DNA of 63,961 bases, counting the filler. It is 4 parts of 4 records of this genome, joined end to end, with 100 filler letters (N's around TTAATTAATTAA, not from the genome) between each part and the next. Parts side by side here need not be neighbours in the genome. Positions count along the whole stretch, not along the records: positions 58,786 to 63,961 come from SRR2962707_1407; 3 more parts are not named here. One strand, written 5' to 3'. How positions within the stretch are numbered: position 1 is the stretch's first letter; every line of letters begins with the position of its first letter. The notes under the pieces were generated by a model that was not told the DNA's origin, searched no databases, and worked only from the letters and a program-made list of their open reading frames with translations. Positions 58,786-63,961 of this stretch are shown here, piece by piece. The translations under genes were made by a program, and so were the position numbers.

Positions 58786-59535
58786 CATCGAATGCATCGA
58801 GGTCAGATGCGATCCCGCAACCCTGCCCTGCAGGCCAAGGCGCTGCGCCTCATATGCCAGTGTCTCGATATGGCGGCTAAGAGGGTCGTCGGTTTCATCG
58901 CAATGCAGATCGACGGACAGGCCACGCTCGGCCGCAATTTCGCACAGGTCACGGACCGACGCGCGCCCCTCCTCCATCGTGCGTTCGAAATGCGGAATGC
59001 CGCCCACGACATCGACCCCCATGTCCAGCGCCCGCAACAGATTTTCCCGCCCCGTCGGCGTGCGGTACAACCCGTCCTGCGGAAAGGCGACCAGTTGCAG
59101 ATCAAGGTAGGGTCGCACGATGCGCTGTACCTCAAGCATCGCGGTCACGGTATTGAGGTGATCGGGGGTCGTGTCCACGTGAGACCGTATCGCCAGCAGC
59201 CCCATGGAAACCGCCCAGTCGCAATAGGTCAGCGCACGGGCCACCATTTCGTCGACCGTCGCGGTTTCGCGCAGCTCGCCCCAAAGGGAAATCCCCTCAA
59301 GCAACGTGCCGGATGCGTTGATACGCGGTGTGCCATAGCTGAGCGTGGCATCCAGATGAAAATGCGGATCAACAAATGGCGGTGCAACCAGGTCGCCGGT
59401 GGCATCGATCACCTCGGCCGCATTGGAGCCCGCCAGCGCCCCGATCGCGGTGATCCGCCCAGAGGAAATGCCGATATCCGCGTGGCTTCCGTCAGGCAGC
59501 GTGCCACCGGTGACGAGCAGGTCGAAATCGGCCAT
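58786..59535 (-). CDS. Cytosine-deaminase-like amidohydrolase (3'-truncated)
   Basis: Motifs PFVDPHFHLD, VAFPQDG, GGIPHFE, LHCDETDD and SHLTSMH. Confidence 0.88.
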
Positions 59536-60482
59536 CAGCGTTCTCCGCGGTTGTGGGGCACCATCAGCGCGGCGGGCACGTTTGCACGGCGCGACATCAC
59601 GATCAGTGCCAGAATGGATAGGACATAGGGGATCATCAGAAACACCTGATACGGCACCAACGCGCCAATGGACGTCTGCTGCAACCGTATCTGCAAGGCA
59701 TCAAAGGCGGCGAACAGTAATGCCCCCAGCAGGGCGCGGGATGGCGACCATGCGCCAAAGACGACCAGCGCGATACAGATCCAGCCGCGCCCATTCACCA
59801 TTTCAAAAAAGAACGATGAAAAAGACGAAAGCGTCAGGAATGCACCGCCCACGGCCATAAATCCCGATCCCACAATGACCGCCCCCATCCGCAGGGCGGT
59901 GACCGACAGGCCCTGTGCCTCGACCGCGGCGGGGTTTTCGCCCACTGCAAACAGGGCCAGCCCCAAAGGCGTGCGGTATAGAACCAAGGCCACCACCAGA
60001 ACCGTGAAGAAAGCGAAATAGGTCAGCGGCGTCTGGGTAAACAGCGCAGGCCCCACAAAGGGAAGATCTGAAATGCCGGGAATGTCGATGGGCTGAAAAG
60101 GGTCGATTCGGGGCGGCGAAGACACCTCGGGCAGGCTGAGACGGTAGGCATAATAGGCGGATGATGTGGCCAGCAGGGTAATACCGATCCCAACCACATG
60201 CTGCGACAGGCCAAATGGCACCGTCAGCACACCATGGATCAACCCAAAGAACATGCCCGACAGCATCGCCACAGCAACACCGCCCCACAGGGGCAGACCC
60301 GCATAGACCGCGACCCAGCCCGCAAAGGCGCCGATGACCATGATCCCCTCGATCCCAAGGTTCAGAACACCCGCCCGTTCGCAGATAAGTTCCCCCATCG
60401 TTGCCAGGATCAAGGGCGACGAGATGCGCAGCACAGCAGCCCAGAAGCTGGCCGACAGCAGGATATCGACAATTTCGCTCAT
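59535..60482 (-). CDS. Nucleoside/nucleobase ABC permease
   Basis: Motifs ERAGVLNLGIEG and GRGWICIALV. Confidence 0.9.
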   Translation of the reverse strand: MSEIVDILLSASFWAAVLRISSPLILATMGELICERAGVLNLGIEGIMVIGAFAGWVAVYAGLPLWGGVAVAMLSGMFFGLIHGVLTVPFGLSQHVVGIGITLLATSSAYYAYRLSLPEVSSPPRIDPFQPIDIPGISDLPFVGPALFTQTPLTYFAFFTVLVVALVLYRTPLGLALFAVGENPAAVEAQGLSVTALRMGAVIVGSGFMAVGGAFLTLSSFSSFFFEMVNGRGWICIALVVFGAWSPSRALLGALLFAAFDALQIRLQQTSIGALVPYQVFLMIPYVLSILALIVMSRRANVPAALMVPHNRGER

Positions 60483-61525
60483 CCGCGCAGCACCCGAAAT
60501 TTAGTCAGCAGGATCGCCAGAACCATGAACAGCAGCGCCGTGGCCAGCAGAATGTCGGCAATGTAGGTCGGCACCTCTGCGGCGCGGCTCATCCCGTCGG
60601 CACCGACAAAGATGCCCGAAACGAAGATCGCCGACACGATCACGCCCAGCGGGTTCAGCAGTGCCAGCATTGCCACGACAATACCAGTGTAGCCAAACCC
60701 CGGCGACAGATCGAGCGTGAGATTCCCCTTTAGCCCCGCGACCTCGGAAAATCCAGCAAGCGCTGCAATGCCACCCGACAGCAGCGCGGTTTTCACCAAC
60801 ACCGCGCCGACGGGGATACCGGCAAAGCGCGCAGCCTCGGCGTTCAGGCCCACAGCCCGCATTTCATAACCCAGCGTCGTTCGTGTCTGGATCACCCAGA
60901 CCGCCACGGCAGACAGGACGGCAATTCCGAACCCCCAATGCAAACGCAGCCCATCGATTATGCGTGGTAGGCGGGCGTCGCGCGGGATCGCCTCGGATTT
61001 CGGCCAGCCCATGCCCATCGGGTCCTTTAGCGACCCTTCGAGCAGCATCGAAACCAGCAGCAGCATGATGAAATTCAGCAGCAGCGTTGTCACGACCTCG
61101 TCCACACCCAGTCTGGTTTTGAGCAGGACCGGTCCCAGCAGGACCAGCGCCCCCGCAACAACGGCGCCGATCGCCATCAGCGGTATCAGCACGACACCCG
61201 GCAGGGCTAGATTTGTGCCGATCAGCACGGTCATCAGCGCGCCGGCATAAAGCTGCGCCTCGGCCCCGATATTCCAAAGCCGTGCGCGAAAGGCGACCGC
61301 CACGGCGAGGCCGGTAAAGATCAGCGGCGTCGCGCGATTCAGCGTTTCCAGCAAGGCAAACTTGGACCCCACAGCGCCTTTGACGATCAGCCCGAAGGTC
61401 AGCAACGGATTTGCACCCGCCAGCATGGCCAGAAAGCCACCCACCACAAAGGTCGCAACAAGTGCCAGTGCAGGCAGACCCAGCGTGCGAAACAAGGTCG
61501 GATTTTCAATCGCCTCAAGCCGCAT
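60479..61525 (-). CDS. Nucleoside/nucleobase ABC permease
   Basis: Motifs WNIGAEAQ, EVVTTLLLN and GFGYTGIVVA. Start set at MRLEAIENP. Confidence 0.9.
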   Translation of the reverse strand: MRLEAIENPTLFRTLGLPALALVATFVVGGFLAMLAGANPLLTFGLIVKGAVGSKFALLETLNRATPLIFTGLAVAVAFRARLWNIGAEAQLYAGALMTVLIGTNLALPGVVLIPLMAIGAVVAGALVLLGPVLLKTRLGVDEVVTTLLLNFIMLLLVSMLLEGSLKDPMGMGWPKSEAIPRDARLPRIIDGLRLHWGFGIAVLSAVAVWVIQTRTTLGYEMRAVGLNAEAARFAGIPVGAVLVKTALLSGGIAALAGFSEVAGLKGNLTLDLSPGFGYTGIVVAMLALLNPLGVIVSAIFVSGIFVGADGMSRAAEVPTYIADILLATALLFMVLAILLTKFRVLRG

Positions 61526-63056
61526 GGGTGAACCCCTGCCCGGCCATCCAACGGCCCAAATCGGCGGGCTGCATCGTACCACGCGGAAATTCCGGCGACA
61601 GGCGCCCCTCGGAAATCACGTGAATCACATCGGACAGGGTTAGAATTTCGTCCAGATCTTCGGAAATCAACAGCACGGCGGCACCAGCATCGCGTGCCTT
61701 GATCAACTGGTTCTGCACATAGGTAACCGCACCGATATCCAGCCCGCGCACCGGCTGGTTGGCGATGATCACGCGTGGATTGTCTGTCAGAACCCGACCA
61801 AGGATCAGTTTTTGCATGTTTCCCCCCGACAGCAGGCGGATGCGGGTCTGTGGCCCGGGGCAGCGCACATCGTACTGTGCAATAATCCCCTCTGCGCGTT
61901 TGCGCGCCGCGCCCCAGTCCATCCAGCCCCCCCGGCTTGCCGGTTCTTGGGCGTAGGTTTCCAGGATCGCGTTCTCGGTCAGGGTGAAATCCGCAATCGT
62001 CCCGGTGCGATGACGGTCCTCGGGGATACGCCCGATTCCGGCGGCTATGGCTGTGCGCGGGCTCCAGCCGTCCACCAACTCTCCGGCAATTTCAAGCATG
62101 CCTGCAGTTGGCGACACAAGACCCGACAACAGATCGGCCAGCGCCCCCTGCCCGTTGCCCGATACCCCGGCCAGCCCGGTAATCTGACCCGCGCGCAGGG
62201 ACAACGACACGTCGAGCAGGCCGGGCCGTTGGCCCTGCGTTGCGGTCGTGACGTTATCCAAAACCAAAAGCAGCGCACCAGGCCTGGCGACCGACGGCGC
62301 AGGCGGGGTGATTTCGGACCCAACCATCAGTTCTGCCAACTTATGACGATCCGTCGTCGCCGTCGCCACCGCACCCACAAGCCGACCGTGCCGCAGAACC
62401 AGAACACGGGATGAAATCGCCATCACCTCGTGCAATTTATGGGAAATAAAGATCACCGACAGCCCCAGGGCCACCGCCTTGCGCAGCGTCAGAAACAGCG
62501 CGTTCGTCTCCTGCGGGGTAAGCACAGCGGTCGGTTCGTCCAGGATCAGGATCTTTGCATCACGGTAAAGCGCCTTGAGAATTTCAACACGTTGCCGTTC
62601 CCCGACCGACAGTGTCACCACCGCCGCATCTGCGTCCACCTCCAGCCCGAAATCCCGCGACAGTGCCGCCACACGGGCCCGCGCCGCCCTGCGTCCCAGA
62701 CCCAGCCGCCACAGTGGTTCGGTGCCCAGCAGGATGTTGTCCAGAACGGTCATGTTGTCAGCCAGCGCAAAGTGCTGATGCACCATGCCGACACCAGCGC
62801 GCAGCGCGACGCCCGGTTGGCCGGGCGGAAGCGTCTGGCCAAAAACCTCAACAGTTCCCTCATCAGCGCTGTAATGGCCAAAAAGGATATTCATCAACGT
62901 CGTCTTGCCGGCACCATTTTCGCCAAGCAGCGCAATGACTTCGCCACGGGCAAGGTCAAAGCTGATGCCATCGTTGGCAACAAGCGTGCCAAACCGTTTG
63001 GTGATACCGCTAAGGCGCAGGACAGGATCGCCCTGCGCCATGGGTTCGAATGTCAT
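61515..63056 (-). CDS. ABC ATP-binding protein with two NBDs (CUT2 type)
   Basis: Motifs GENGAGKT, LSVGERQR, LDEPT and LSGGNMQK. Start approximate. Confidence 0.92.
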   Translation of the reverse strand: MTFEPMAQGDPVLRLSGITKRFGTLVANDGISFDLARGEVIALLGENGAGKTTLMNILFGHYSADEGTVEVFGQTLPPGQPGVALRAGVGMVHQHFALADNMTVLDNILLGTEPLWRLGLGRRAARARVAALSRDFGLEVDADAAVVTLSVGERQRVEILKALYRDAKILILDEPTAVLTPQETNALFLTLRKAVALGLSVIFISHKLHEVMAISSRVLVLRHGRLVGAVATATTDRHKLAELMVGSEITPPAPSVARPGALLLVLDNVTTATQGQRPGLLDVSLSLRAGQITGLAGVSGNGQGALADLLSGLVSPTAGMLEIAGELVDGWSPRTAIAAGIGRIPEDRHRTGTIADFTLTENAILETYAQEPASRGGWMDWGAARKRAEGIIAQYDVRCPGPQTRIRLLSGGNMQKLILGRVLTDNPRVIIANQPVRGLDIGAVTYVQNQLIKARDAGAAVLLISEDLDEILTLSDVIHVISEGRLSPEFPRGTMQPADLGRWMAGQGFTHAA

Positions 63057-63078
63057 CAGGCCAACTTTCGCTGGGGCA

Positions 63079-63960
63079 TCAGACCGATGTCGGTTCGGAA
63101 TCGTCGATTTCGACAACGAAGGTGCCCGCCTTGATCGCGGCCTCTTTTTCGGCCACGAGATCGAGCGCGCCTTGCGGCACCTTGCCTTCGAACGTTCCCA
63201 GCGGCGCGAGCGAGCAACCGCCCTCTTTCATGAATGAGAAGAGACCGTAATTTTCGGCCGTGAATGTCCCGGCGGCGATATTGTTCAGCGCGGCCTGAAG
63301 GGTCGGTTCGAAATGCCAGATCGCCGAGGCAACAACTGTTTCAGGGTATTCGCTTTGGGTGTCGATGACATTACCGATGGCCAAGATGCCCTTTTCCTGC
63401 GCCGCGTCCGACACGCCAAATCGTTCGGCATAAAGCAGGTCTGCGCCGCCTTCGATCATGGCGAAAGCGGTTTCCTTGGCCTTGGGCGGGTCGAACCAGG
63501 ACCCGATAAAGCTGACTTGGAATTCGGCGTCCGGGCGGGTTTCTTTTACCCCGGCCATAAAGGCGTGCATCAACCGGTTGACCTCGGGGATGGGAAATCC
63601 GCCGACCATGCCGATCTTTCCCGACTCGGTCATTGCACCCGCAATGATTCCAGACAGATACGACGCATCTTGAATGTAATTGTCGAACACGGCAAGGTTG
63701 GGATATTCCGGATCGGCCGGTAGGGACGAACCCAGCAAAAACGCGGTGTCGGGGTAATCCAGCACCACTTCGCGCGCTTCCTGTTCGACCCCAAAAATTT
63801 CGCCCACGATCAGTTTGACTCCGCTTTCGGCATATTCTCGCATGACGCGGGGATAGTCGGTGTTCGCGGTGTTTTCCGAGAAGGTATAGCTGATCTGTCC
63901 TGCGTCCTTGGCCGCCTGGGCGGCAATGTGGATGCGGCTGACCCATTGCTGTTCAACTGG
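63079..63960 (-). CDS. BMP/PnrA-family substrate-binding protein (5'-truncated)
   Basis: The frame is open from the window edge (PVEQQWVSRIH). Motifs GIIAG, KIGMVGG and IGSWFDP. Confidence 0.88.
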   Translation of the reverse strand, partial: PVEQQWVSRIHIAAQAAKDAGQISYTFSENTANTDYPRVMREYAESGVKLIVGEIFGVEQEAREVVLDYPDTAFLLGSSLPADPEYPNLAVFDNYIQDASYLSGIIAGAMTESGKIGMVGGFPIPEVNRLMHAFMAGVKETRPDAEFQVSFIGSWFDPPKAKETAFAMIEGGADLLYAERFGVSDAAQEKGILAIGNVIDTQSEYPETVVASAIWHFEPTLQAALNNIAAGTFTAENYGLFSFMKEGGCSLAPLGTFEGKVPQGALDLVAEKEAAIKAGTFVVEIDDSEPTSV

Positions 63961-63961
63961 C

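Overview
This window is not one locus. It is four unrelated contigs joined by 100-bp artificial spacers (N44-TTAATTAATTAA-N44 at 29728-29827, 44998-45097 and 58686-58785), so gene neighbourhoods must not be read across the joins. (1) 1-29727 is core chromosome of a Rhizobiales (Hyphomicrobiales) alphaproteobacterium: gap end, K+/H+ antiporter, pgk, class I fba, rcdA, rpmE, a MotAB-like pair, suhB, efp, purEK, rpmJ, pyk and the start of gapR. It also has an unannotated candidate sRNA behind a perfect CtrA box. (2) 29828-44997 is a EUKARYOTIC genomic contig. On + it has the last exon of a cytochrome-P450-reductase-type diflavin reductase. On - it has an uninterrupted, 5'-truncated ORF of at least 4980 aa encoding a giant single-pass membrane protein. 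That protein has roughly 100 thrombospondin-type-3-like 20-aa repeats and 13 inserted 8-Cys modules. It also has a TMEM132-like cohesin/Ig block, a second cohesin followed by a polybasic linker and a dockerin, one TM helix, and a cytoplasmic WW domain with an Arg-rich tail. This protein is the most unusual object in the window. (3) 45098-58685 is Rhodobacteraceae-type core DNA (petB/petA, lpxQ-like, xerC, fsa/tal, priA, uvrC). It has an AT-rich intergenic region with DnaA-box and IHF-like sites, and a probable transposon end at the contig edge. (4) 58786-63961 is a BMP-type nucleoside/nucleobase ABC transporter operon plus a cytosine-deaminase-like amidohydrolase. All domain and taxon calls were made by eye from motifs; no searches were run.
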